A stretch of DNA of 63,835 nucleotides, counting the filler, from Octopus bimaculoides (taxonomy: Eukaryota): the NCBI RefSeq assembly GCF_001194135.2. It is 4 parts of 4 records of this genome, joined end to end, with 100 filler letters (N's around TTAATTAATTAA, not from the genome) between each part and the next. Parts side by side here need not be neighbours in the genome. Positions count along the whole stretch, not along the records: positions 22,814 to 43,619 come from NC_069001.1; 3 more parts are not named here. One strand, 5' to 3'. A program made the translations under genes and the position numbers. Below the pieces are notes generated by a model, which saw only the letters and a list, made by a program, of their open reading frames with translations, had not been told where the DNA came from and did not search any database. Each line of letters opens with the position of its first letter. Position 1 is the first letter of the stretch. Shown piece by piece: positions 24,745 through 38,352 of the stretch.

Positions 24745-25163
24745 AGGCACAGGTGTGGTCGTGTGGTAATAAGTTTGCTTCCCAACTGCATTGTTCCAGG
24801 TTCAATCCCATCATGCAGTACCTCAGTCAAGCATCTTTTACTCTAGCTCTAGGCCGACAAATGCCTAATGTGTGAGTTTAGGTGATGGAAACTGTGAGGA
24901 AACCCAGTGTGTGTGTGTGTGTGTGTGTGTATCTTTGTATCTGTGTTTGTCCCCTTACACTGCTTGACAATCTATGTTGGTTTTTTTTATGCCCCTCCCC
25001 CCCATAACTTAGCAGTTTGGCAAAAGAGACCAACAAAATTAAGTGCAGACTTGAAAAAGAACACATGAGTACTGGGGTTGATTTGCTTGACTAAAACCCA
25101 TCAAACCCCAGTGCTCTAGCATGGTCACAATCCGATGACTGAAACAAGCAAAAAAGATAAAGA
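24745..25163 (+). mobile_element. SINE family B, full length, diverged
   Basis: Head AGGCACAGGTGTGG, internal (GT)n, CATGGTCACAATC end. Confidence 0.85.
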
Positions 25164-25406
25164 TGTGTGTGTCCGTGTGTGTGTGTGTGCATGCATGTGT
25201 GTCTGTACGCACACGTGCGTTACACATGTACAGGGGTGAATGATGTAAAAACAACGACTGAAAAGTCATTGAATGAAGCCTGTTGTAATATTTGTTCTGC
25301 TTTGAATTACAGACAATCCCCCTTGTCATTACCGGTATCAGAAAAGCAGCAATTGGTTTAATCCTGTAACCACCAACACATTTTTTTCACTAATGTAAAA
25401 TGAAAA

Positions 25407-25449
<43 letters not shown>

Positions 25450-26514
25450 TAGAAAATAAACCAAGAAAAAATACTATTAAAAAAAAAAAAAAATAATGGC
25501 AGACTGTACTTAGTTCAATTCTGCAGATAGATATCAGAAGAAGGAACTTTTGGTAAATTACACCAAAATACATTGTTAGAAATATATTTCTACAAGAATC
25601 CCAGAGAGAGACAGAGAGGCAACGAGAGGGAAAGAAAGAAATAAGCTTTAGTGTTTTGAGAGAAGACATCTGGAGAATTAATTCTACAGTGTTTGTAGAA
25701 TGCAAAGCCAAATATTGACGTGTATTTATGATATGGCAATTTGGAATCAAACGCTTTTTCTTGGTTTTTTTGTTTTTTTTTTTCTTTTAGTGTCTGCTTC
25801 TATGCCATTCCATCCCAGTCTATCCTACGTAACTCCTTCACAATGTTTGCAAGTTTGTAATTTCAAACTATTTAAATGGAGATATGCTGTCTTAAGCCAA
25901 AATTAGTGGATGCAAAACTGAGACAGAAACGAAATTATAAATTAATAAAAGGTTTCATTCATTTGTTTTTTTGTAATGGTTTAAAATGAAACTGAATTTG
26001 AATTTAAAATCTGAAAAAAATTAAAAAATTAATCTTGGAATTGGTAAAATATTGAATTTAGGTTCTTATTGGAATGNNNNNNNNNNNNNNNNNNNNNNNN
26101 NNNNNNNNNNNNNNNNNNNNNNNNNNNNNNNNNNNNNNNNNNNNNNNNNNNNNNNNNNNNNNNNNNNNNNNNNNNNNNNNNNNNNNNNNNNNNNNNNNNN
26201 NNNNNNNNNNNNNNNNNNNNNNNNNNNNNNNNNNNNNNNNNNNNNNNNNNNNNNNNNNNNNNNNNNNNNNNNNNNNNNNNNNNNNNNNNNNNNNNNNNNN
26301 NNNNNNNNNNNNNNNNNNNNNNNNNNNNNNNNNNNNNNNNNNNNNNNNNNNNNNNNNNNNNNNNNNNNNNNNNNNNNNNNNNNNNNNNNNNNNNNNNNNN
26401 NNNNNNNNNNNNNNNNNNNNNNNNNNNNNNNNNNNNNNNNNNNNNNNNNNNNNNNNNNNNNNNNNNNNNNNNNNNNNNNNNNNNNNNNNNNNNNNNNNNN
26501 NNNNNNNNNNNNNN

Positions 26515-26727
26515 GGGGGGGAGGGGGACAAACACAGACACACACACATACATATATATATATATACATATATATGACGGGCTTCTTTCAGTTTCCGTCT
26601 ACCAAATCCACTTACAAGGTATTGGTCGGCCCGAGGCTATAGTAGAAGACACTTGCCCAAGGTGCCACGCAGTGGGACTGAACCCGGAACCATGTGGTTG
26701 GTAAGCAAGCTACTTACCACACAGCCT
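26515..26727 (-). mobile_element. SINE family B 5' half (remainder in gap)
   Basis: Near-identical to 18290-18506. Confidence 0.9.
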
Positions 26728-26789
26728 GATGATCTATGAAACAGATCTGATGTCACTAACACACATGTGAGACCCACATTATTGCATTA

Positions 26790-27465
26790 TTTACACTTTA
26801 AGGACAGTACTGCTGTTACACACAGGCCCTCACGCATTCTAGATTCATATTACAGCACTGTTTACATACTGCTCTTTCACACACACACACACACACATAC
26901 ACACATCCTAGACCTACATCTCAAAGAAGGGCAATTACCCAATGGGCTATTAAAACCACACTGCAATAACTGGATCACGAATATATACTATGTCTTCTCT
27001 CTGTGTCTCTCCTACCACTACTACAACTACTTTAGCTCCTCTAATACAGCTAATCACACACAAAGACACACACACAAGACCTGTGTTAGAGTGCTGCTTA
27101 CAGACATAGGACAATGTTACTGTTACACACATACACACACATTTTAAGGACAATGTTCCTGTTACACACACACACAAACCCTCACACATTCTAGACTCAT
27201 TACAGTACTGTTTACATACAGCTGTTACACAGACACAGTACAACTGTTTCACACACACACACACACACACACGATACAATTTTAAACATACACACACACA
27301 CTTCCTAGACCTACATCTCAAAGACAAGCTATTATTACCCTATGAGCAATCAACAACATACTAGCAATAACTGGACCACAAATGTACTGTGTCATCTCTT
27401 ACTGTCTTTCCTACCACTACTAGAATATTTCAGATCCTCTAAAACAGCTAATTACACACAAACAC
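26790..27465. repeat. Diverged tandem duplication (about 345-400 bp unit) interleaved with (CA)n
   Basis: Paired blocks TTTAAGGACA, CCTAGACCTACATCTCAAAGA, GCAATAACTGGA, CCTACCACTACT and CAGCTAAT occur twice in the same order. Confidence 0.85.
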
Positions 27466-27494
27466 ACACGTGCATATATGTTTAGGTGTGAGTG

Positions 27495-27580
27495 AAGGCA
27501 CGTGGCTTAGTGGTTAGGGCATTTGGCTCACAATCGTAGGGTCATGAGTTCAATTCCCAGTGACGCGTTATGTCCTTGAG
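27495..27580 (+). mobile_element. SINE family A 5' fragment
   Basis: AGGCACGTGGCTTAGTGGTTAGG...GAGTTCAATTCCC...GTCCTTGAG. Confidence 0.85.
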
Positions 27581-28194
27581 TATATGTATATTTTTACTAG
27601 TAAAAAAAAAAATATATATATATTTATAGACATATATACCGGTATGTATATACAACAGGCTTCCACATAGTTTCCATCTAGTGAACTCACTGACAAGGCA
27701 TGGGTTGGCCCAGGGCTATAGTAGAAGACACTTGCTTTTACAGTGTTTTTTTTTATTATTATTAATATTATTTTTACCCCAAAAGCTGGCAGGGTGTGAT
27801 TTCAGGTAGAATTTTTTTTTTGGGGGGGGGTCCTATTTCTAGCAATTAGAAAGACATATGGTAACAATATCAAACACAGGATCCACTAAGCCAACTTGCT
27901 GTTACACACATACACACACACACACAGAGAGCAGTGAACTAATTCTAAAATATTTACGTAATTTCGTAGCCAAATGTTTACAACATTGCTTCGAGAAAGA
28001 GCCAATAATTTCAAGAAGATTCTTCCATTTAAATCCCCCCCCCCACTCTTCCTCCTTCTTTACATCTCTTCTTCCCGCCATTTCTTTCGCTTCTCCAGTT
28101 CTTTGCAGAGTAATTAATATGCGTGAGACTGAAGAATGGTACCATACTTCAAAAGTGAAATCCAGTTGAGAGAAAAGAAGCTGAATTTTCAAGG

Positions 28195-28230
<36 letters not shown>

Positions 28231-28414
28231 ATGTCTCCCTGTCCCTGCCTTACACACACACACACACACATACAAATATATTGATGTTTCAGTTATGGTT
28301 GGCTGCATCTTCATTACTTCAGTTTTCTTTCCAGATGGCAATCATCAGATAGTAAATGAACTGTAGAGTATCTGTAATATGTTAAAGCCTTTTACAGGAC
28401 TGCAATATTTATTC

Positions 28415-28700
28415 AACGTATTTTGTCTGTCTTTATGTTCTGAGTTCAAATTCCACTGAGGTCGACTTTGCCTTCCATACATTTTTTCTTTAGGGGGGGG
28501 GGAGTCGATAAATTAAGTACCAGTTGCATACTGGGGTTGATCTAATCGATTGCTCCTGCCCCTCCACCTCCCCAAAAATTGCGGGCTTTGTGCCTGGAAT
28601 AGAAAAGAATTACTTTCGGGATCGATAAATTAAGTACCAGTTGCGTACTGGAGTTGATCTAATCAACTGTCCCCACCCTTCACCTTCCCCAAGAATTCGA
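28415..28700 (+). mobile_element. SINE family C plus a duplicated 3' core segment
   Basis: TCGATAAATTAAGTACCAGTTGC occurs at about 28505 and 28622. Confidence 0.82.
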
Positions 28701-29366
28701 TGAGCATCAGAGTGTGATGTGGCGGGAGGGTGGGAGAGGATTTGGCTGTTATTTCTAGCAAATTGAACAGCTAGGTAAGAAGCTCCCTTGGTCACTTTGA
28801 ATTATTTACTACTGACAGAGAAGTGTACCCTAATTCAGTCCTGAATATATCCTACCCCTGTCTGCTAAAACCTCTCAGAAAGGGGTTCAAAATAATCTAC
28901 TTTTATTCTACACTACTTTGGATTAATAAAAAAATAAAGAAATAAAGAAAAAATTAACAAAAAAATTAACAAAAAAGAGAAAACAATGTAAAGCAGTGTT
29001 TCTCTGAGAGTCACTCTCTCTCTCACTCACCACTCCCATCCTCACTCCACTGACCAATATTCTCTCAACCAGAACTGTTTCTGCTCTGTTGACCTTGCTC
29101 ACATGACAGCAAGCAGGTCATTTAAACTCCACTCCATAACCTCAGGTAACTCACTAGGTTTTGAGGTTAAAATATTCTTGGAGGATTCTTCCTTTGTTGC
29201 CCTGATTCTAAACCATCTTTTTTTTAAAAAATCTATGAACCCCTTGGATTCCTATTTTACTGAGATGAACCCTCAGAGTCATTTGATGTTAAAAAAGATC
29301 CTGTTATTCTATTTTTATAATTAAATATTATCAGAAATTGTTCAAGAAAATTAAAATATTTTGTGT

Positions 29367-29596
29367 AGGCGAGAGTGGTTGTGTGGTAAGTAGTTTGCTT
29401 ACCAACCACATGGTCCTGGGTTCAGTCCCACTGCGTGGCACAGACGTATCTCGTCGGGTGATAAATATATATGCATGTGTGTGTATATGTTTGTGTATCT
29501 GAGGTTATAGTAGAAGACACTTGCCCAAGGTGCCATACTGTAGGACTGAACCCAGAACCATGTGTTTGGGAAGCAAGCTTCTTACCACACAGCCAC
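29367..29596. mobile_element. Two SINE B heads in inverted orientation (29375-29441 plus, 29530-29596 minus)
   Basis: 67-bp arms, 57/67 identical by manual alignment, 88-nt spacer. Confidence 0.88.
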
Positions 29597-30054
29597 CCAC
29601 ACACATTGTCTCTACTTATGAACTGTAAATATACACACTTTCTACACAACTTGTATATACATGAACTGTACATACGTACTTTTACTATACACAAACTACA
29701 TACATATTCTTTCTACACATAAACTGTATATGTATTCTTTCTACACATGAACTGTGTGTATACATCCTGTCTACTCCACAGACTGGCATCAAAAAAATTT
29801 CGTTTTGGTTAATGATTTCAACAGATTCCAGATCTCAGTGAACCATAACAGACTGGATGCCAGTGGTACCGGTGTATGGTGGAGGGGGAAGGGGAGGTGA
29901 TCTGGTAGGAGGAAAAGTGAGAGGGATAGGAAAGGTGGTGGTGGTGGTGGTGAGGTTAAGTGGGAGGTGTGGAGAATGAAGACATCAAAGGAACTTTCCC
30001 ATATATCCATTCCTATTGACCGTTTACACACACATACAGTATACTCCTATATAG

Positions 30055-30264
30055 TCTTTTACTTGTTTCAGTCATTTTGACTGCGGCCATGCTGGAGCAC
30101 CACCTTTAGTCGAGCAAATCGACCCCAGGACTTATTCTTTGTAAGCCTAGTACATATTCTATCGGACTCTTTTGCCAAACTGCTAAGTTAGGGGGACGTA
30201 AACACACCAACATCGATTGTCAAGCGATGTTGGGGAGACAAACACAAACACACAAACATATACA

Positions 30265-30298
<34 letters not shown>
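30055..30298 (-). mobile_element. SINE family B 3' half
   Basis: Reverse complement of the B tail and post-microsatellite blocks. Confidence 0.9.
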
Positions 30299-30585
30299 NN
30301 NNNNNNNNNNNNNNNNNNNNNNNNNNNNNNNNNNNNNNNNNNNNNNNNNNNNNNNNNNNNNNNNNNNNNNNNNNNNNNNNNNNNNNNNNNNNNNNNNNNN
30401 NNNNNNNNNNNNNNNNNNNNNNNNNNNNNNNNNNNNNNNNNNNNNNNNNNNNNNNNNNNNNNNNNNNNNNNNNNNNNNNNNNNNNNNNNNNNNNNNNNNN
30501 NNNNNNNNNNNNNNNNNNNNNNNNNNNNNNNNNNNNNNNNNNNNNNNNNNNNNNNNNNNNNNNNNNNNNNNNNNNNNNNNNNNNN

Positions 30586-30651
<66 letters not shown>

Positions 30652-30722
30652 ACACACCATCATGCATACATCACACACACACATTCCACAATCATCTGTT
30701 GCAAACATTTCATATATTATTT

Positions 30723-30960
30723 AGGTGCAGGCATGGCTGTGGTAAGTTTGCTTCCCAACCACACAGTTCCTGGTTCAGTCCCACTGTCTGGCACCTTGGG
30801 CAAGTGTCTTCTACTAAACCCAAAAGTTACCAATACTCTCTGAGTAGATCTTGTAAACGGAAACTGAAAGAAGCCTGTCATATGTGTATGTGTGTGTGTG
30901 TGTGTCTTTGTTCTCCACAAGAGCTTAACAACCGGTGTTGTTGTGTTTACCTCCCCATTA
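30723..30960 (+). mobile_element. SINE family B, 3'-truncated
   Basis: AGGTGCAGGCATGGCTGTGGTAAG head through GTGTTTAC. Confidence 0.85.
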
Positions 30961-31217
30961 AACCCAACAAATGAGGCTGGTTTGAACATAAACCAAGTAG
31001 AATACCCAGGCCTGATAGGACTGGTTTAAATGCTAAAGGGTCAGGCAATGGGTGGGGGGACCCTTGAATAAATCACCTTCTGACTTTTGAAGATATTTAA
31101 GTTGAATTTTTCATTTTTACACAAAATAACATTAAGTGTGATATTTCAGATAAATATTTCAGTCTGGGGAGGGGGGGGTAAATGGAATTGGTTTGTTGTC
31201 TGTTGGATGGCACCTGG

Positions 31218-31276
<59 letters not shown>

Positions 31277-31871
31277 GAGGAGTAACAGTATTGTTTGACT
31301 TCAACATATCAACATTTACACATACTCCGAGTTATACATACATTCATACACACGTTCACATAGCTGCCTCATACATACATTCACACACACTATCACACAC
31401 ACACATATATATATATATTCACACACTCAGACAGTCAAAAAGTCATACAATCAAACACACATACAGTCATATATACATTCACACACACAAAGTCACATAT
31501 ATATTTACACAGCCTAATCTATAATCACTCACAGCCACACAGATTCACACACACACATATGCATACATATACATACATATATACATACACACACAGAGTC
31601 ACAAATACACTCAGGCATCTCTTCTGGGGTACACTGCTGTTTGTAGTCTCCCTATCACCTACCCCCACCATCACCTTCACTAACCTCAAATATAAAAAAC
31701 ACAAAAACATGATTCAATATCTGAAAGCTGTTACAGCTCAACACTTCTCACACACACACACACACACACACGCACGTTATGCACGTACACATCTTTACTA
31801 TGATGCTGTGTGTGCATATATATGTATATATATACACATACACACACTATATATATCTGAACCCGGAATAA

Positions 31872-31916
<45 letters not shown>

Positions 31917-31918
<2 letters not shown>

Positions 31919-32078
31919 GGAGTGGTTGTGTGGTAAGAAGCTTGCTTCCCAACCACATGGTTCTGGGTTCAGTCCCACTGCATGAAACCTTGGGCAAGTG
32001 TTTTATACTGTAGCCTTGGGCCGACCAAAGCCTTGTGAGTGGATTTGGTAGATGGAAACTGAAAGAAGCCCGTTGTAC

Positions 32079-32113
<35 letters not shown>

Positions 32114-32317
32114 CTTGTTATTTTTGTCTGTGTTTGTTGCCCCACCATCGCTTGACAACCGATGTTGGTGTGTTTATGTCCCCGTAACTTAGCGGTTTGG
32201 CAGAATAAATATTAGGCTTACTAAGAATAAGTCCTGGGGTCGATTCACTTGACTAAAGGCGGTGCTACAGCATGGCCGCAGTCAAATGACCAAAAACAAG
32301 TAAAAGAATAAAAGAAT
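31917..32317 (+). mobile_element. SINE family B, full length
   Basis: All B blocks and (AAAAGAAT) tail. Confidence 0.92.
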
Positions 32318-32677
32318 ATATTTATACACATACACACAATATGTATACACACACACACACACACACACATATTGTACACACACACATTGTATATAGATAG
32401 ACTGAGACAGGTAGATGTGTGGGGAGTGACTGACTGTGAGTCAGAACCAGCTGATGCTCAGACTGGATTTTAAAGGGTTTCAGCTCCTTCTTCAAACCCC
32501 CTACTACAGTTGGGGGGGGGGAGAAGGAGGAGGGTGAGTGGGAAAGAGATGGGTGAGTGCTGGGACTGGAGGCTAATTGCTGCTGATAAAAGGTAAAACT
32601 TGCCAACAGATACAACAGAGTGTGTAAATGTGTGAGTGTATGTATGTGTGTATGTATGTGTGTATGTATGTGCATAT

Positions 32678-33295
32678 TCTTTTGTTCTTTTACTTGTGTC
32701 AGTCATTTGACTGCAGCCATGCTGGAGCACCGCCTTTAGTCAAACAAATTGACCCCTGGACTTATTCTTTGTAAGCCTAGTACTTATTCTATCGGTCTCT
32801 TTTGCCGAACTGCTAAGTGACGGGGATGTAAACACACCAGCATCGGTTTGTCAAGCGATGTTGGAAGGACAAACACAGACACACAAACATATGCACACAC
32901 ATACATATATCTATACATATATATATATATATATATATATANNNNNNNNNNNNNNNNNNNNNNNNNNNNNNNNNNNNNNNNNNNNNNNNNNNNNNNNNNN
33001 NNNNNNNNNNNNNNNNNNNNNNNNNNNNNNNNNNNNNNNNNNNNNNNNNNNNNNNNNNNNNNNNNNNNNNNNNNNNNNNNNNNNNNNNNNNNGGGGTATA
33101 GAATATGGAATATACAATATATAATATAATATACAATATATAATATAAAATAAAATAAAATAAAAATGGATGGCAAAATAAAATAAAAATGGATGGCACC
33201 ATGAAAGAAAGTATTGAATGTAGATGAAATATTGAGTGTTCAATATAAAGGATCAAATATATAAATATATAAATATAAATATATATATATAAAGG

Positions 33296-33331
<36 letters not shown>

Positions 33332-33491
33332 CAGACTCTTTTCAGTTTCCGTTTACCAAATCCACTCATAAGGCTTTGGTTGGCCCGAGGCTATAGTAGA
33401 AGACACTTGCCCAAGGTGCCACGCAGTGGGAATGAACCTGGAACCATGTGGTTGGGAAGCAAGCTGCTTACCACACAGCCACTCCTGCGCC
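32678..33491 (-). mobile_element. SINE family B with expanded, gapped microsatellite middle
   Basis: 3' half at 32678-32940 and 5' half at 33330-33491. Confidence 0.85.
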
Positions 33492-33508
33492 ATATACATA
33501 TGTACATA

Positions 33509-33784
33509 TTCTTTTACTTGTTTCAGTCATTTGACTTATCCTTTGCAAGCCTAGTACTTATTCTATTGATCTTGTTTGCCGAACTGCTAAGTTACAAGGA
33601 CGTAAACACACCGGCATCAGTTGTCAAGAAATGTTGGAGAGGGCACACACACACACATTTATATATGATGGGTTTCTTTCAGTTTCCGTCTACCAAATCC
33701 ACTCACAAGGCTTTGGTGAGCCTGAGGTTATAGTAGAAGACACTTGCCCAAGGTGCCATGCAGTGGGACTGAGCCCGGAACCAT
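33509..33784 (-). mobile_element. SINE family B, internally deleted
   Basis: B tail and core blocks present. Confidence 0.82.
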
Positions 33785-35197
33785 TTTAAAAGACTCTTAC
33801 GCATATATACATATATGATGGACTTCTGCACAATTTTTGTCTACCACATTCACTCACAGAGCATTGGTCAACTTAGCACTATAGTAGAAGACACTTGGAA
33901 TGTGTGATCAGAAGAACGACTGTGCAAAGACGATGGTCAACATTGATCAAAAACCACAAGTAGCAAAAAAACTTGACTGTAATTAACTGGCAGTTTACTA
34001 GCAGTAATTAACTGGTGAACATTTTATTAATCATTAATGGAGGGAAAGTATTTAACTTCCACAAGGGCACCGCAGAATATTACAACACATTACATGTAAC
34101 AGCAATTTGTAATAATGGCAAGAGAACAACAATACGTATGTAATGATGGTGTGTGGAGGTGATGGTGGTGGCATGTGGGAGGGGTTGAAGCTGTGCTGGT
34201 CTGTGGAAGTCATGAGTGGTGGTGGCGGTGGTGATGGTTGGGTGGGTGAGGCGGTGAAACCTTGTCAGGAAGAAATAAGAAATTTAGTTTAAAATATCCA
34301 CCCACCCATCCCTCTTCTGATGTATTTTATTTATCAACTATAAACAAAACAAAACAAAAAATACACTGGGAGAAAGGTTTTCTTCGTTATAAGATCGTAG
34401 TGTGACACACAGACATTGAGATGGGAGGGGGTAGTGTTTACCTCCGTCTCCCCCCCCCTCTCTCTCTCACACACACATACGGAACAGAAGCGGTGTCGGT
34501 GGTGCTGTAAGCTAAGCTGATATTTTGTTGGAAACAAGGTGCTTGAATGCAAATTAAGCACGTCACCTAAATGTCATCGACGACACGATAGTAGTACTGA
34601 CAGACAGACAAATGTATTAAATGAGAGTCTTACTAAAGTGGGGGGGGGGNNNNNNNNNNNNNNNNNNNNNNNNNNNNNNNNNNNNNNNNNNNNNNNNNNN
34701 NNNNNNNNNNNNNNNNNNNNNNNNNNNNNNNNNNNNNNNNNNNNNNNNNNNNNNNNNNNNNNNNNNNNNNNNNNNNNNNNNNNNNNNNNNNNNNNNNNNN
34801 NNNNNNNNNNNNNNNNNNNNNNNNNNNNNNNNNNNNNNNNNNNNNNNNNNNNNNNNNNNNNNNNNNNNNNNNNNNNNNNNNNNNNNNNNNNNNNNNNNNN
34901 NNNNNNNNNNNNNNNNNNNNNNNNNNNNNNNNNNNNNNNNNNNNNNNNNNNNNNNNNNNNNNNNNNNNNNNNNNNNNNNNNNNNNNNNNNNNNNNNNNNN
35001 NNNNNNNNNNNNNNNNNNNNNNNNNNNNNNNNNNNNNNNNNNNNNNNNNNNNNNNNNNNNNNNNNNNNNNNNNNNNNNNNNNNNNNNNNNNNNNNNNNNN
35101 NNNNNNNNNNNNNNNNNNNATAAGTCCTGGGGTCGATTTATTCGACTAAAGGCGGTGCTCCAGCATGGCCGCTGTCAAATGATTGAAACAAATAAAA

Positions 35198-35239
<42 letters not shown>

Positions 35240-35610
35240 GATAGTCACTGTGTGGTAAGAAGTTTGCTTTCTAACCAGATGGTTCCGGGTTCAATGCCCT
35301 TCCGTAGCAACCTTGGGCAAGTGTCCTCTCTCATAGCTTCGAGCTGAACAAAGCTTTGTGAGTGGATCTGGGAAACGGAAACTGAAAGAAGCCTGTTGTA
35401 TATATGTTTATATCTGTGTGTGTCTACTTGTGTTTCGTCTCCCACCGCTGCTTGACCAGCAGTGTCGGTTTGTTTACATCCCTTGTGACTTAACAGTTCG
35501 GCAAAAAAAAAGACCGATAGAATAAGAATCAAGCTTTAAAAAAAAAGTACTAAATCTCTTCAAGGCGGTGCCCCAGCATGGCCACAATCTAATGCCAACA
35601 AATAAAAGAC
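35240..35610 (+). mobile_element. SINE family B (another B 3' end lies at 35121-35201)
   Basis: Head through GGCGGTGCCCCAGCATGGCC. Confidence 0.85.
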
Positions 35611-37281
35611 TGTATGTATGTATGTATGTAGTTACATTAATATGTGTGTTATTTAATAAACACCCCTATTTAGTATTAATTCTATAAAATCTACATTATG
35701 TTTAATACCCTGTTTCTCTCAAATGGTGAAAAGGATTATGAAACACTAAGATCTATCAAAATGCGACGAAGACGAGAAAACCTGGAAATCGATAAAACGT
35801 TTATTACACATGGAATTAAATATAATTGTGTGTGCGTATATAAAAATGTATGTATATATGGTGTGTGTGTATTTTTAAGGAGCCTGCAGAGAGGAAATGC
35901 AATTATCTTCCCATAAAGCCACCCCCACTACCGCCCCTGATAGGTCGAGACTGGAGTCTTCCCGGTCAAATCCGAAGAGAGATAAATAGATTTTACAGAT
36001 ATGTTTGTTAACGGGAGGGGAAGAGAGTAACGTATGTCTATGAAGTGGTGGGAGGAAGGGTGGTGAGAGAAAAAGACTAATGTGTGCATAAGAGAGAAAG
36101 ACTAAGGTAAGAGAGAGAGAGAGAGAGAGAGAATGGGGAGGAAGGCAGGACAATATTTGAGAGGAGCCAGCGGATATCCATCAATCTAGTCACAGTTTTC
36201 CGCCTTAGAAAAAAAAATTCAGAAACAGACAGAAAGGCTAACAGCCAGAGACGGTATATTTAAAAATCCTGCTAAGAATTGAACTGGCGTACATTCCATA
36301 TTTGTATTGTTCATTCATTTTGTCATGTGAAGATTTGGGGCTGATCAAACGGACACCTTGTGTCGGTTAGGGTAGATTCGTGGCTGAGCTCAAAAGATAG
36401 CTTTTGCTTCAGGTGCTACACAGTCAGATTGAACCTTTTCACCAAAGATAATAAAACGAATTTCTTAACCGTTCGACCTCGGCCATATCTGCATCCTACG
36501 TGATCATGCCACCGGCTAAAAATAGCAGCTGAATTTCCCTGAAACCACTTTCTATTATCTGGAAGGAAAGCTATGTCAGAAAATGTAGCCCTTGGTACAG
36601 AAAAAGTTAGAATGGCCAAGGTTGGAATGGCTCTCTATCTTAAATCTACTTGAATAGATCTGACCTAGAATTAAACAAGCGATTCCAAGACAATTCCTAA
36701 AAGGAACTTTTATGCCAACTTGTAAATGGTCACTCAATAAGCTTGAAATAGCAGCGAAAATTGCATCAGATGACACTATTGATTTTAGGAAGGACATGGT
36801 AGATAATGCAGTCCTAGATATATTTGGTTTTAAAATAAGACTGTCGTGGCTGAAAGATCGTTGATCATAGGTAAGCTGCATGAGAGCAGACCGGTGGTTA
36901 AAGAAACAACACTACCAAGAGAAAGCCTCTGCTAGAAATAGCAGCCGAAAAGCACCGTACGGGGCTTTAAAGGAAGAACACATTGGACAATAACAGTCGC
37001 AGATATACAAAACAGACAAAACGGTCATGGTTCGAATGTCTGCAGGATCAGAGTTGACCTAGGCTAAGCAATATAAAAATGGCAGCTGTTCATTACAGAA
37101 CGGTTTACAATTATTGTTGTGTATTTGCTTGCATGTGGTGTATATATAACATATAAAATTTGATCATGAAAACAGGAAAACAAAACTCAAAACATTTTAT
37201 GTATAATGAGTTTGATATTGTTCACAATTGTATTATGCTCTAATAAACTAATGTCTATATGTCAGTCTTTCCGTTTCCTTT

Positions 37282-37316
<35 letters not shown>

Positions 37317-37737
37317 GTATATATTTGCTTAAGAATAAGAAATTTTAGTTAACAGAAGTATAGAATAGCGTATCAAATTAATGTAAAATTGTTTTTATTG
37401 TAACTGAACATAAAAACAAACATACACACGCATCCATATTTATTTATTTAATCTGCAGAAGTTAGAGTGACTCAAGGATTGAAAGTTTCGTTCATGGGTG
37501 GGTACTGAGTAAGTTCCACGCACAAACCGTCGGTATTGTATTTAAACGCTTAGCTTAGAATAGGGGCAGCTGATGAAGGAAATATTCTCTATGTGGCCTG
37601 TTTGTTTTCCATGTTCTATTTTTCATTTTGTCCACGTTTTTTTGTGACGTCCTGTACCCAGATATGCATCTATATACACAAGTAGATGCAAGTTTGTACA
37701 TACATGTACGTGTATATGCATATACACACATATTATT

Positions 37738-37772
<35 letters not shown>

Positions 37773-37897
37773 TGTGTATAGCCATATAAACGGTACAAAC
37801 ATACACACTTTGCAAAAGTTAGTTTCGGTTTCAAATGTCAACCAAAACGGACAAAATGTGTGCGATTAGAGAACAATAAAACTACCACCACCATCGT

Positions 37898-37938
<41 letters not shown>

Positions 37939-38352
37939 AAGATAAAGTTGTAAAATGAGGTAAAATTAGTAAAGGAAAAACGGGGAGTTTTAGAAGACAA
38001 AAATCGATAATATGGTAAGGGTAGAGGCGGAAAGGGACAGACTGATGATAGTAGTGGTGGTAGTGGTGATAGTAGTTATGATGGTGGTTGCGGTAATAGT
38101 AATAATGGCGTCAGTGGTAGTGGTGGTAGTGGTGGGGAGAGGGGGTGATAGTGATCGTAGCAGTAGTGGTAGTAATGGTGGGAGGCGGTAGTAATGGTGT
38201 TAGAGGTGGTAGTTCTTGTTGCTAGATGGAGCACTGATAACGAAAACAACGTATGCAATATTCGGTTAATCCAGGACAGACGAGAAACAATAGAATAAAA
38301 CTGGACCCCGTGTGTGTGTATGCATATATATATATATACATATGTGTGTGTG

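Noticed and set aside
37570-37600. CTGATGAAGG, a hammerhead core half in a Penelope-like context (also CTGATGATGGCT near 50632)
   Set aside because: No matching stem II closure followed by GAAA was found downstream.
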